From a virus, in IMG/VR virus record IMGVR_UViG_3300045988_168372, positions 1-37,054 of that record: a stretch of 37,054 bases of DNA. One strand, given 5' to 3'. The stretch's first letter is position 1, and each line of letters begins with the position of its first letter. Shown here piece by piece: positions 5,770 through 14,875 of the stretch. The position numbers were made by a program, and so were the translations under genes. Below the pieces are notes generated by a model. The model ran no database searches. It had not been told where the DNA came from and saw nothing but the letters and a program-made list of their open reading frames with translations.

Positions 5770-6501
5770 GTGATTATATTGGGTGGGAAATTATGGAGTG
5801 AAGATGAAGTAATTAAACTTATAGAAATGTCAGACAAACTTAAAACTTCAACAATAGCTAAATCATTAGGAAGAACAGAAGAAGCTGTAAAGAAAAAATT
5901 AATGAGGTTAAATATTTCAACTTCAATAAATTCTATAGATGCTATTACAGTAAGCAATCTTGCATCTATATGCAAAGTAGGAGGAGGAAGGGTAAGAACT
6001 TGGATAAAAAAAGGATTGAAAACAACAAAATTTAAAAAGTATAAATCTTCTGTTTTTACGTTTATAAAAATAGAAGACTTTTGGGATTTTGCTGAGAAGA
6101 ATAAAGATTTAATAAACTTTGCTAACATAGATAGAAATATTTTAGGGAGAGAGCCTGATTGGGTTAGAGAAAAACGCTTAAATGATATTAAATATAGTAA
6201 GAAAAAGAATGCTAGATGGACTAAAAAAGAAGATGATGTTTTAAGGAGAATGTATAAATATTATTCACTTAAAGAAATTAGGGAAGTAGTAGGGAGAACT
6301 GAAGAAGCAATATCTATTAGGATTAGAAAGCTTGGGCTTAAGAGAAGAGTTGTAATTAGGTGGTCAGATAAAGAAATTAAAATGCTTTTGAAAATGAAAA
6401 AGAAAGGCATGAGTGAAAATAAAATTGCAATTGAATTAGGAAGGTCATCGGGATCTGTAAATAAAAAATATAAAGAGTTAGTTATGGAGGGTATAGTGTG
6501 A
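5770..6501 (+). CDS. DNA-binding protein with three Myb/SANT-like repeats (RsfA-like architecture)
   Basis: Repeats LWSEDEVIKL...GRTEEAVKKKLMRL, RWTKKEDDVLRRM...GRTEEAISIRIRKL and RWSDKEIKMLLKM...GRSSGSVNKKYKEL. Confidence 0.55.
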   Translation: MIILGGKLWSEDEVIKLIEMSDKLKTSTIAKSLGRTEEAVKKKLMRLNISTSINSIDAITVSNLASICKVGGGRVRTWIKKGLKTTKFKKYKSSVFTFIKIEDFWDFAEKNKDLINFANIDRNILGREPDWVREKRLNDIKYSKKKNARWTKKEDDVLRRMYKYYSLKEIREVVGRTEEAISIRIRKLGLKRRVVIRWSDKEIKMLLKMKKKGMSENKIAIELGRSSGSVNKKYKELVMEGIV

Positions 6502-6797
6502 TGAATGGATTTGTAAAGGAAGCAAGAAGTAGAATTGATGCAGCTAATAATATAAAGGATTTAACTGATAATTATGATAAGTTATTATTATTTTTCGCTT
6601 ATTTAGATGATGGTTTTAAGGAAAATGTAGAGATTGAGTTAATAAATGGTGAGATTATAACTTTATCAAAAGAAAGCAGAGTGGCATATGACCATGGATA
6701 TAATTGCTTAATACTAAGTAATACTAATGGGAATTTGAAGAGTAAAGATTGGCATAGAACTATTCCTTTAAAAAATATAAAAGGATTTAATTTATAA
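6498..6797 (+). CDS. Hypothetical protein
   Basis: 99-aa ORF, translationally coupled (GTGATG overlap). Confidence 0.45.
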   Translation: MMNGFVKEARSRIDAANNIKDLTDNYDKLLLFFAYLDDGFKENVEIELINGEIITLSKESRVAYDHGYNCLILSNTNGNLKSKDWHRTIPLKNIKGFNL

Positions 6798-6809
6798 GGA
6801 GTATTTATT

Positions 6810-6956
6810 ATGGGAATGAGTAAAGAAGAATTTGTGAGAAGATATATGGCTGATATTAAGAGAAAACAAAGAAATAAAGAAAGATTATTCTATAACTATA
6901 AATATGATGTGATAAAAGATTCTAAGGCAAAGTATCACAAGAAATTTTATAGATAA
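6810..6956 (+). CDS. Possible 48-aa basic protein
   Basis: ATG at 6810 with RBS aaggag 8 nt upstream. Below the track cutoff. Confidence 0.4.
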   Translation: MGMSKEEFVRRYMADIKRKQRNKERLFYNYKYDVIKDSKAKYHKKFYR

Positions 6957-6971
6957 TATACGGAGGGAAAA

Positions 6972-7904
6972 ATGATAAAGATATTAGAGTTATTTGGCGG
7001 AATTGGTTCTCCTCGTAAAGCTTTAGTTAATCTAGGGGTTCCTGTGAAGTCGATAGACTATGTGGAAATAGATAGAAAAGCAGTAAGAAGTTACAATGAA
7101 ATGTTTAAGAAAGATTTAGAATATAAAACTCAATCGGTAGTTGGGTATAATCTTAAACCTGACATTCTTATACATGGGAGTCCTTGCCAGAGTTTCAGTA
7201 TAGCCGGTAAGCAAGAGGGAGCTGATGAAGGCTCAGGAACAGAAAGTAGTCTTATGTGGGAAACTCTTAATATTATTAAACAAATGGGAGTTTGGAAGCC
7301 AAGAATAGTTATATGGGAGAATGTTAAAAATGTTCTCTCAAAGCATATGAGACATAATTTTAATAGATATTTAGATGAAATGGAGAAATTAGGGTATAAA
7401 AATAAATTTGATGTTTTAAATGCTATGGATTTTGGATTGCCACAAGATAGAAATAGGGTTTTTACAATATCTATTTTAGGTGAAAATTTATTTGATTTTG
7501 AGAAGTTAGAAAAAAAGGAAACACCACATATAAAAGAATTTTTAGAAGAAAATGTAGAAGAAAAATATATAGTTAAACAACCGAGTATGCTTAGAAGAAT
7601 AGGGGGAAGCGGAAGTTTTAAAGGTAGATTAGAAATAATAGAAGACCATTGTAAAACAATAACTTGTAAGCAGATGCGCTGCCCTAATTCAGGAATCGTT
7701 GACTTAGGAAATGGACTATATAGATATTTAACGGAAAAAGAATGTTGGAGACTACAAGGCTATTCTGATGAAGATTTTAATGCTGCTTTAAAGGTGCATC
7801 CAGGAAGAGAAGGTAAACTCAATGGAGCATTATATAAACAAGCTGGAAATAGTATTCCAGTAACTATATTTGAAAGTATATTTAAGCAGATATTGGATAT
7901 TTAG
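6972..7904 (+). CDS. DNA (cytosine-5)-methyltransferase, orphan
   Basis: Canonical C5-MTase motifs in order: ELFGGIGS (I), GSPCQSFS (IV), WENV (VI), QDRNRVF (VIII), GNSIPV (X). No adjacent endonuclease. Confidence 0.95.
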   Translation: MIKILELFGGIGSPRKALVNLGVPVKSIDYVEIDRKAVRSYNEMFKKDLEYKTQSVVGYNLKPDILIHGSPCQSFSIAGKQEGADEGSGTESSLMWETLNIIKQMGVWKPRIVIWENVKNVLSKHMRHNFNRYLDEMEKLGYKNKFDVLNAMDFGLPQDRNRVFTISILGENLFDFEKLEKKETPHIKEFLEENVEEKYIVKQPSMLRRIGGSGSFKGRLEIIEDHCKTITCKQMRCPNSGIVDLGNGLYRYLTEKECWRLQGYSDEDFNAALKVHPGREGKLNGALYKQAGNSIPVTIFESIFKQILDI

Positions 7905-7932
7905 AAATAAAAATAACAAGGAAGGTATAAGT

Positions 7933-8667
7933 ATGAGTAATTTAATTGAATTTAATAATATAGATTTGGGAGTAAGTGTAAAAGCTATTAAAAATATGGA
8001 TGGTAGCATTTCTATTAATGCTGAGGATGTAGCAATAGGATTAGGATGGTCTTTTTTAGAAGAGAAAAATGGAAGAGTATATAGAAGTATAAGATGGTCT
8101 GCAATAAATAATTATTGCAAGGAATTTGGTTTCTGCAGTAAGTTGCAGAAAGATGATTTTATTCCAGAAAGTTTATTTTATTTATTGGCAATGAAAGCAA
8201 ATAATGATTCAGCTAAAAAATTTCAGATGTGGTTAGCGGTAGATGTAATACCTGAAATAAGAAAAGATGGTCAATATATATCAAAACAAAAATCAAATTT
8301 AGAATTATTAGAATTACAAGTTAAAGCTTTAAAAGAAGTTGAAGAGAAAGTTGTGAACTTAGATGAAAAATTTAATGATTTTAAAGATGATTTACCATTA
8401 ATAGGTGATGAACCTGAAGAATTATCAGCGTTAGTAAGGAGTGTAGGAATAAAGGTTTTAGGAGGAAAGGAAGCTAATGCATATAAAGATAAATCTTTGA
8501 GAAGTAAAGTTTACTCAGATATTTGGGGAGAAGTTAAAAGACAGTTTAGAGTTAAAAAGTATAAAGCAATAAAAAGAAGATATCTTGATAGAGCTAAAGG
8601 AATAATTAAAAATTATATACCAACAGTAGCATTGGAAGAAGAAATACAAATATTAAATAATTATTAG
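7933..8667 (+). CDS. Phage antirepressor (Bro-N/AntA-like N-terminus)
   Basis: I prefer the ATG at 7933 (RBS aaggaagg) over the track start at 7870, which lies inside the methylase gene. Bro-N-like KKFQMWLAVDVIPEIRKDGQY. Coiled C-terminal half. Confidence 0.6.
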   Translation: MSNLIEFNNIDLGVSVKAIKNMDGSISINAEDVAIGLGWSFLEEKNGRVYRSIRWSAINNYCKEFGFCSKLQKDDFIPESLFYLLAMKANNDSAKKFQMWLAVDVIPEIRKDGQYISKQKSNLELLELQVKALKEVEEKVVNLDEKFNDFKDDLPLIGDEPEELSALVRSVGIKVLGGKEANAYKDKSLRSKVYSDIWGEVKRQFRVKKYKAIKRRYLDRAKGIIKNYIPTVALEEEIQILNNY

Positions 8668-8690
8668 ATATTTAAGAAAAATATAGGGAT

Positions 8691-9050
8691 GTGTTAGAAA
8701 TGGATAAAATAAAAAATTTTCTTTATGCATGTTCAGAGGAAGAAAAAGATTATGTTATACGAGAATTAGTTCATAGGTTTAACCTTTCTAAAGAAGATTC
8801 TGAAGATGTATATAAACAATGGAGAAATTCATATGTAAATAAATCTATTCCAAATGAATTTAAAAATATAAGACAAATAAATTTTGTTAAGGAAAAGAAA
8901 AGTGGTTATTTACCTAATCTTATAGAAAGCATTGATGAAATAGGTGTATGTGCTACAGCTAAAAAATTTAAAGTTAATGCAAAAAGGTTATTAAATATAT
9001 ACCTTAAAGTTAAAAGGAGGGATAAGCATGAAAGTAAGAAGTTTAGTTGA
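8691..9050 (+). CDS. Hypothetical protein
   Basis: 119-aa ORF. An alternative ATG is at 8700. Confidence 0.4.
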   Translation: MLEMDKIKNFLYACSEEEKDYVIRELVHRFNLSKEDSEDVYKQWRNSYVNKSIPNEFKNIRQINFVKEKKSGYLPNLIESIDEIGVCATAKKFKVNAKRLLNIYLKVKRRDKHESKKFS

Positions 9051-9378
9051 TAAATTTACCTTAAAAGGAAAAAGAAAATATATAGCTAAAGGTGAAATAT
9101 ATGATGTTTTACATGAAGAGGAAAGAGGATATTGCGTAGTAGATATAGATGGAGATGAAGTCATTTTACAATTATCAGAGTGTGAAGTGTTAGAATATGA
9201 CAATTTACATCAAACTAAAAAAATAAAGTGTGAAGTATTAAAGCAAAAATATGGTCATAGGTTAAGAGAAGATATACAATGCTTTTTGGAAGAAAATAAA
9301 ATAGAGAGAATAGAGGGATTATCTTGTTATTTTGATTCAAGTATAGATATACACGTAGCAGTTATTATTTATTGGTGA
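9028..9378 (+). CDS. Hypothetical protein
   Basis: 116-aa ORF with RBS aaaaggaggg. Confidence 0.45.
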   Translation: MKVRSLVDKFTLKGKRKYIAKGEIYDVLHEEERGYCVVDIDGDEVILQLSECEVLEYDNLHQTKKIKCEVLKQKYGHRLREDIQCFLEENKIERIEGLSCYFDSSIDIHVAVIIYW

Positions 9379-9436
9379 TAATGAGGATAAAAGGTAGAGA
9401 TAAACTTTAGTTTAAAGTAAGAAAGGGTGGGGATAA

Positions 9437-9682
9437 ATGATTATAAGAAAGAAGTATAAAGAAGAACATCACAGAGGGACTATTATAGAAGAGATTTCTT
9501 TAACTAAAGAGCAAGAATTAAAGAGAATTTTTAAAGAATTGGACAACTTAGGATACAAGTGGAGAAATGGCGAAAAGTTAAATGAAGATAGCTATATAAA
9601 CACTTATATGCTTTGGTATGTGGTTAAGTACAAAGAAATTAAGTTGTACTTATTAAATGATAAAACAGTTTTATTTAACTAA
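9437..9682 (+). CDS. Hypothetical protein
   Basis: 81-aa ORF with RBS aagggtgggg. Confidence 0.45.
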   Translation: MIIRKKYKEEHHRGTIIEEISLTKEQELKRIFKELDNLGYKWRNGEKLNEDSYINTYMLWYVVKYKEIKLYLLNDKTVLFN

Positions 9683-9825
9683 GTTTAAAATAAGAAAAGG
9701 TAGAAATGGATGTCAATAGAATTAAAGCTTATAAATATTAGTAGAATACAGTTAAAAGAAAGTTTTAACAAAAAAGGGAATATATCAAAAAATAAAAATA
9801 TGTTGGGGATTTATTAGGAGGATTT

Positions 9826-10215
9826 ATGAGAAGTAAAAATAGAATTAGAAAACTTTATAAAGGATATGACAAGTCTTTAAAGCCTTTTAAAAGAGAAATG
9901 GTTGAGTTAATGGAGAACAACAAGGCTTTAGCAGTTGCAATATGTGAAACTTGGAGAGCAGATCAATACAAATCTCAATACTGGAGGGTTATAGGTTATT
10001 TTGGGAGGAATCATAAATTTGCTTATAGGGAATTTTGTAATACTGGATTATCAGGGAAAATTCTTTGTGGAAGAGATGAGTTTTGGCTAACTTTAAGATT
10101 TTGTGGGTATGAGAATATTTATGAAAAGTATAAAAATTCTATTCCAGAAAGAAAAGCATTTGGTTTGATATTTGCGAATGCATTGAGTATTATTAATAAC
10201 AATAATAACATTTAA
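9826..10215 (+). CDS. Hypothetical protein
   Basis: 129-aa ORF with RBS taggagg. Asn-rich C-terminus. Confidence 0.45.
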   Translation: MRSKNRIRKLYKGYDKSLKPFKREMVELMENNKALAVAICETWRADQYKSQYWRVIGYFGRNHKFAYREFCNTGLSGKILCGRDEFWLTLRFCGYENIYEKYKNSIPERKAFGLIFANALSIINNNNNI

Positions 10216-10370
10216 AATAAAAAGGGAAAATAATGAAAAAATAATAAAAATAATTTAAGGACAAGCAGAAAAAAATAATGTAGTATAAGGGTATAGGGAA
10301 AAAAGGCACACAAGCCTTAATAAAATAATTCTAATATTTAAAAGACCTCTCGACGAAAAATGGGATTACA

Positions 10371-10407
10371 AAAAAGAACTTTAGTATTTAACTAAGGTTC
10401 TTTTTTT
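10371..10407 (+). terminator. Intrinsic terminator ending the early operon
   Basis: Stem AGAACTTTAG (10375-10384) / CTAAGGTTCT (10392-10401) with one G-U pair, then a T-run. Confidence 0.7.
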
Positions 10408-10434
10408 GTTGCTATTTATAAGTGGGGTGATTGA

Positions 10435-10590
10435 ATGAAAATAAGAGAAATAGTTAAAGGAAAACAACCTAAGGAATTTAATAAAATTAATAAACTTAGG
10501 GATAAGAAATTTAATGAAAATGAACTGAAAGACCTTATGAGCCATAGTTCTTATAAGAGAAAAAATGGAGCGTTAAGACAAATAAAATGA
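10435..10590 (+). CDS. Possible 51-aa basic protein coupled to the recombinase gene
   Basis: ATG at 10435 with RBS ggggtga. Its stop overlaps the recombinase start (ATGA). Excisionase or accessory role is only a guess. Confidence 0.35.
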   Translation: MKIREIVKGKQPKEFNKINKLRDKKFNENELKDLMSHSSYKRKNGALRQIK

Positions 10591-11234
10591 ATTCCATAAA
10601 CAATCGAGGGGAGAAGGTGCCAGCAGTTCCTATACCAGAAGATAAGTATGAACAGTTTAAGTATAGGCTTGAAGAATTAAGTGGGAAATATGCAGAAAGA
10701 AATATGATGCTATTTTTTTTAGGAGTAGCAACTGGATATAGAACTCAAGATATTGTAAGGCTTACTGTAGGAGAAATTAAAGAAGCTTTAGAAGAAGATA
10801 GATTTTTAATACAGGAGCAGAAACAATACAAAGCGTGGTTAAAACATATAAGAGAAAATCCAGGGTCTACTAGAAAAGCACCTAAAAAGAGAGAAGTTCC
10901 AATAAAGAGTAGATTAAGAAAGTTACTAAGAGAATTTATTAAAGGGAAAAGTAAATCTCAGTATGCTTTTCCATCTAATAAAGGGAGTTCTCACATATCT
11001 GCTAAGAGTTTTAGTAATATTTTAGCTGAAGTTGGTAAGTCTTTAGGAATTAAAAATATATCAGGTCATAGTATGAGGAAGACTTATGCGACTAGATATT
11101 GGATAGCTAAAAGAGATCTGGAAGGATTAAGAAGAGCATTAGGTCATAAAAGTATAGAGACAACGAAAAATTATTTAGGATTAGATGAAAAAGTCTTTGA
11201 TTCTGCAGCAACAATAGCAGATGATAAGCTTTGA
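10587..11234 (+). CDS. Tyrosine site-specific recombinase, catalytic domain only (215 aa)
   Basis: Catalytic signature: GYRTQD (Arg I), GHSMRKTYATRYW (H-x-x-R), LGHKSIETTKNYL (His...Tyr nucleophile). No N-terminal core-binding or arm-binding domain. Confidence 0.85.
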   Translation: MNSINNRGEKVPAVPIPEDKYEQFKYRLEELSGKYAERNMMLFFLGVATGYRTQDIVRLTVGEIKEALEEDRFLIQEQKQYKAWLKHIRENPGSTRKAPKKREVPIKSRLRKLLREFIKGKSKSQYAFPSNKGSSHISAKSFSNILAEVGKSLGIKNISGHSMRKTYATRYWIAKRDLEGLRRALGHKSIETTKNYLGLDEKVFDSAATIADDKL

Positions 11235-11514
11235 TTTTTTTTATTGATAAATAAGCCAAAAAGTACACTAGGTTTATTCTATTAGTTAATAAAAAATATC
11301 TACTAATATATGCACTTAAAAATAGGAATCGTTAATCTATACAGTTATTACCTATTTAGGTGTTTTAAATGAATTAGGTTTTAAGTATTGGAATTACTTG
11401 CTTAGAAGTGGTTTTAATGCTTTATTTGGTTTTTACCTATTTAAAGCCCTTAAAAAATAAAAGTACTTTAAAAAACTGAAGGCTATTTATTTTAAGAAAA
11501 AAAGAGGTGATTTA

Positions 11515-11994
11515 GTGGGAAGACAAAACTATGATGAGTTCTTAGAAGGTGCTGTAGACCGCATAAAGACTATGGTTAGTGATGGTTTGACCGATAAAGA
11601 AATAGCGGAAAAACTTGGTATAAGTTACTCAACATGGAAAAATAAAAAGGCTAAAAATAAAGTCGTTAGAGATGCAATAGAAGAGGTTAAAGATACCAGG
11701 AATCAAGAAGTAGAAGAAGCACTCTTTAAAAACTGCAAGGGATATCATTACTATGAGCAAGTTCCAACTAAGGTTAAAGAAGAGGTTGTAAATGAAAAAG
11801 GTACTGTATTAACAGTAGAGAGAGTTGTGGTATCTAATGTTAAGAAGTGGAAGCCTGCTGATTTAGCAGCACAAAAGTATTGGTTAAATAATAGAAAGAA
11901 GGCTACATGGAAAGAAGATCCTAATAAAGTAGAGAATGATAGGAAAGCACTTAAGCTTAAAGAGAAAGAATTAAATAGTAAGATTATAGAGTAG
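11515..11994 (+). CDS. HTH protein resembling a terminase small subunit or late regulator
   Basis: HTH LTDKEIAEKLGISYSTWKN. The segment ALFKNCKGYHYYE ... PADLAAQKYWLNNRKKATWKE resembles HTH-type TerS proteins of Firmicute phages. GTG start with RBS agaggtga. Confidence 0.4.
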   Translation: MGRQNYDEFLEGAVDRIKTMVSDGLTDKEIAEKLGISYSTWKNKKAKNKVVRDAIEEVKDTRNQEVEEALFKNCKGYHYYEQVPTKVKEEVVNEKGTVLTVERVVVSNVKKWKPADLAAQKYWLNNRKKATWKEDPNKVENDRKALKLKEKELNSKIIE

Positions 11995-12009
11995 AGGAGT
12001 TGAGTTATT

Positions 12010-12180
12010 ATGAAGAGGCGCTTAAATAAGTTAATTAGAATATTTAGAAAGCCTTTAATATTGCAGTTAAAGTATAAGTTACCTACTGAAGAATTGAATA
12101 AGCTTCAAGATACATTGGATAAAGAATCAAATAGAAAGATAATTATAGTTCCAAGTTATTTGGATGTTATTGATTATTAA
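12010..12180 (+). CDS. Possible 56-aa hypothetical protein
   Basis: ATG at 12010. Ends exactly at the HNH start codon. Below the track cutoff. Confidence 0.35.
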   Translation: MKRRLNKLIRIFRKPLILQLKYKLPTEELNKLQDTLDKESNRKIIIVPSYLDVIDY

Positions 12181-12594
12181 ATGGGTAGGTTAGTTAGTTG
12201 TAGTAGTTGTGGGAGAATACATGAAGCTACTTATATATGTGATAAGAAGAAAGCTAACATGAAAAGAAATAGAGGTAGATATAAAGAGAAGTTGAAAGGT
12301 ACTAAGGATATAAGAAGTACTGGAAGATGGAAAAGGAAAGCTAGTGATATAAAGGCTAGAGATTTAGGGTTATGTCAGATGTGTAAGCATAACATAGACA
12401 TGCTTAGTGGCATGAGATTATTTAATGCTATAAATGTTCAAGTGCATCACATAATTAAGATAAAAGATAATCCAGATCTAGCATTTGAAGATAGCAATTT
12501 AATAACTCTATGTAGATATCATCATGAATTAGTTGAAGATAAACCTAAATATATAAAGATACTTCAGGATTTGATAGCCCCCCCTACTTATTAG
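12181..12594 (+). CDS. HNH endonuclease (packaging-associated)
   Basis: Motif VHHIIKIKDNPDLAFEDSNLITLCRYHHELVED, plus N-terminal CSSCGR and CQMCKH Cys pairs. Sits directly upstream of terS/terL. Confidence 0.85.
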   Translation: MGRLVSCSSCGRIHEATYICDKKKANMKRNRGRYKEKLKGTKDIRSTGRWKRKASDIKARDLGLCQMCKHNIDMLSGMRLFNAINVQVHHIIKIKDNPDLAFEDSNLITLCRYHHELVEDKPKYIKILQDLIAPPTY

Positions 12595-12713
12595 ACTCAA
12601 AAAAATAAAAAACTATCTAGTTAACAGCCCTCAGTAATAAAAATTTTTTCTGTAAAATGAAGTTTTAAAATTTAAAACTAATATTTATTTTAATTTTAGA
12701 AGGAGGCAAAAAA

Positions 12714-13178
12714 ATGGCTAGACCTTGTAAAAGTGCTAAGGTTCTAACTGAATGTTCTCAGACTAAAGAAGAGATTGAAGCAAGAGCAGAGTTTGAAGAT
12801 ACATTAAAAGGAAATGATGATAATCTTATAGCACCTGATTATTTAACTGATAATCAAAAATTATTATTTAACTATATAAAGTCAGAGCTTAAAGCTAGTG
12901 AGATATTAGGGAATTTAGATGTTTATATCTTAGCTAAGTGTTCTATTGCTATTGATAGACTCCAGGAGTTAGAGAAGAAAGCAAATAAAAGACCAGGGTT
13001 AATATTTAATAAAGATTTTATAAGTTCTAAAAAATTGTATGATTCAGATTTCTATAGATGCTGCAATGAATTATCGTTAAGTCCTCAATCTAGAGCTAAG
13101 ATTAGTAATCTTAATTTACAAGCTAAAGAAGATAGTCAAGATCTTTTATTACAAGCTTTAGCTGGTGATTATGATTGA
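12714..13178 (+). CDS. terS: Terminase small subunit, P27 family-like
   Basis: C-terminal CNELSLSPQSRAKI motif typical of the P27 family. Overlaps the terL start. Confidence 0.7.
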   Translation: MARPCKSAKVLTECSQTKEEIEARAEFEDTLKGNDDNLIAPDYLTDNQKLLFNYIKSELKASEILGNLDVYILAKCSIAIDRLQELEKKANKRPGLIFNKDFISSKKLYDSDFYRCCNELSLSPQSRAKISNLNLQAKEDSQDLLLQALAGDYD

Positions 13179-14860
13179 TATTATTAGATAGAGCTATAAG
13201 ATATGCTGAAAATGTAATATCAGGTAAAGAAATAACTACTTGGGAAGTTGAAGAACAATGCAAAATCTTTTTAGATGATTATAAAGAAAATCAGTTCCAA
13301 GAGGATTTTGAATTTATATTTGATGAAAAAAGATTGTTAAGAATAAATAATATACTTAAACTTATGAATTTTGCAACTGGACATGTAGAAGGTAAAGAGG
13401 TATTGGAAAACTTAGCTGATTTTCAATGCTTTTTTTTAGCTAATATTTTTGGTTGGAGATATAAAAATAATAGAAAAAAGTTTAGGTATAGGGAAGCAAC
13501 TCTTTATATAGCTAGAAAAAATGCTAAAACTGCACTTATAGCTATAGTATTTATATTGCTTATGCTTACAGAGCAACAGTTTAGTGAGTTTTATTCTATA
13601 TGTCTTACTAAAGAATTAGCATCAGAAATTAAAAAAGCTATGAGTCAAATAATAAATGCTAGTCCACTACTAAAAAAGAGATTTAAAATTTCTCAAACGA
13701 AAACTGGTGTAATAAAGTGTAAATTAACTGAAAGTTTCTTTGAGCCAAGGGTTGCAGAAGCTGGTAAGAATAACTCTATAAGACCATCAGCTTTTGTTAG
13801 TGATGAACATGCTAATTTTAAAGAAAATAGTAATTTTAATGCTATGAAATCAGGACAAAGGAATGTTATAAATCCATTATTATTTAGAACTACAACTGCA
13901 TATGCAATAGATAACTCTATAATGTTAGAGGATTTAGAGTATATAAGAAAAGTTTTAAAAGGTAGTGTTAAAGATAGAAGAATGTTTGCACTTATTTATT
14001 ATGCATATGAAGAAAATCTTTGGAATGACATAGGTTTATATCAAGCTAATCCTTTAAGAATTGAAGAAAACTATCAATTAATTAGAGAAGATAGAGAGAA
14101 AGCTAGAATTAAAGAAGATGAACAGGAAGAGTATTTAACTAAATCTATGAATCATTTTGTACCAGAAAATTGTGGGGAAGAGTATGTAACTGAGGAACAA
14201 ATTAAAGCATGTGAAGTTGAAGATATAGATTGGACTGGAAGAGATGTATATTTAGGATTAGATGTAGCTGAAACTGATGATAATACTGCATTAGCTATGC
14301 TAGCATATGATTCTGATAATGATGAGATACTTAGCGAGGTATTTGCTATAATTCCACAGGACAAAATAGAAATTAAAAGCTTTAAGGAAAAAGTTGATTA
14401 TAAAGCATTTATTAAAAAAGGAAATTGTTATGGGTGTGGAGATACAGTAATATCCTATGAATTTATTATAGATCTTATTCTTGAAGTTGAAGAGAAGTTT
14501 AATTGTAATGTCATTCAATTTGGATATGATATTAGGAATGCAAGAGCAATAGCTCAAAGACTAGATAAGGAAGGAATGACTACTGTTGAAGTGAAACAGC
14601 ATAGTTCAATCTTACATGCACCTATAAAGTTAATCAAAGAGTATATACTTAGGAAAAAATTTAAGTATAAGGAAAATGATTTATTGAAAATTAACTTTGT
14701 AAATTGCAGAGCAACTAAAGATACAAATTTAAATAAGTATCTTAATAAGAAAAAATCTATAGGAAAAATAGATATGGTAATGAGTATAATTGATGCAGCT
14801 TATTTGCTACAAGAGAATGAAATGTTAGCAGAAGATGATTGGGCAGTTCAAACTACCTAG
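13175..14860 (+). CDS. terL: Terminase large subunit
   Basis: 561 aa. Walker-A-like YIARKNAKTAL. DE-rich nuclease half. Position between terS and portal. Confidence 0.85.
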   Translation: MILLDRAIRYAENVISGKEITTWEVEEQCKIFLDDYKENQFQEDFEFIFDEKRLLRINNILKLMNFATGHVEGKEVLENLADFQCFFLANIFGWRYKNNRKKFRYREATLYIARKNAKTALIAIVFILLMLTEQQFSEFYSICLTKELASEIKKAMSQIINASPLLKKRFKISQTKTGVIKCKLTESFFEPRVAEAGKNNSIRPSAFVSDEHANFKENSNFNAMKSGQRNVINPLLFRTTTAYAIDNSIMLEDLEYIRKVLKGSVKDRRMFALIYYAYEENLWNDIGLYQANPLRIEENYQLIREDREKARIKEDEQEEYLTKSMNHFVPENCGEEYVTEEQIKACEVEDIDWTGRDVYLGLDVAETDDNTALAMLAYDSDNDEILSEVFAIIPQDKIEIKSFKEKVDYKAFIKKGNCYGCGDTVISYEFIIDLILEVEEKFNCNVIQFGYDIRNARAIAQRLDKEGMTTVEVKQHSSILHAPIKLIKEYILRKKFKYKENDLLKINFVNCRATKDTNLNKYLNKKKSIGKIDMVMSIIDAAYLLQENEMLAEDDWAVQTT

Positions 14861-14875
14861 AGAGGAGGTGAGAAC

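Noticed and set aside
5739-6128. 129-aa minus-strand ORF opposite the Myb-repeat gene. The same applies to the other antisense track ORFs: 8991..9203, 14152..14364, 14300..14557, 16026..16211, 16645..16830, 20525..20725, 21191..21436, 22773..22988, 28044..28235, 29484..29696, 32059..32283 and 33792..34007.
   Set aside because: All lie wholly inside well-supported plus-strand genes. They lack RBSs and have low-complexity Ser/Leu/Phe/Ile-rich translations typical of shadow frames in AT-rich DNA.
7870-7932. Upstream extension of the antirepressor ORF (track start 7870)
   Set aside because: The extension overlaps the 3' end of the methyltransferase gene and has no RBS. The ATG at 7933 has a good RBS and begins the conserved Bro-N-like sequence.
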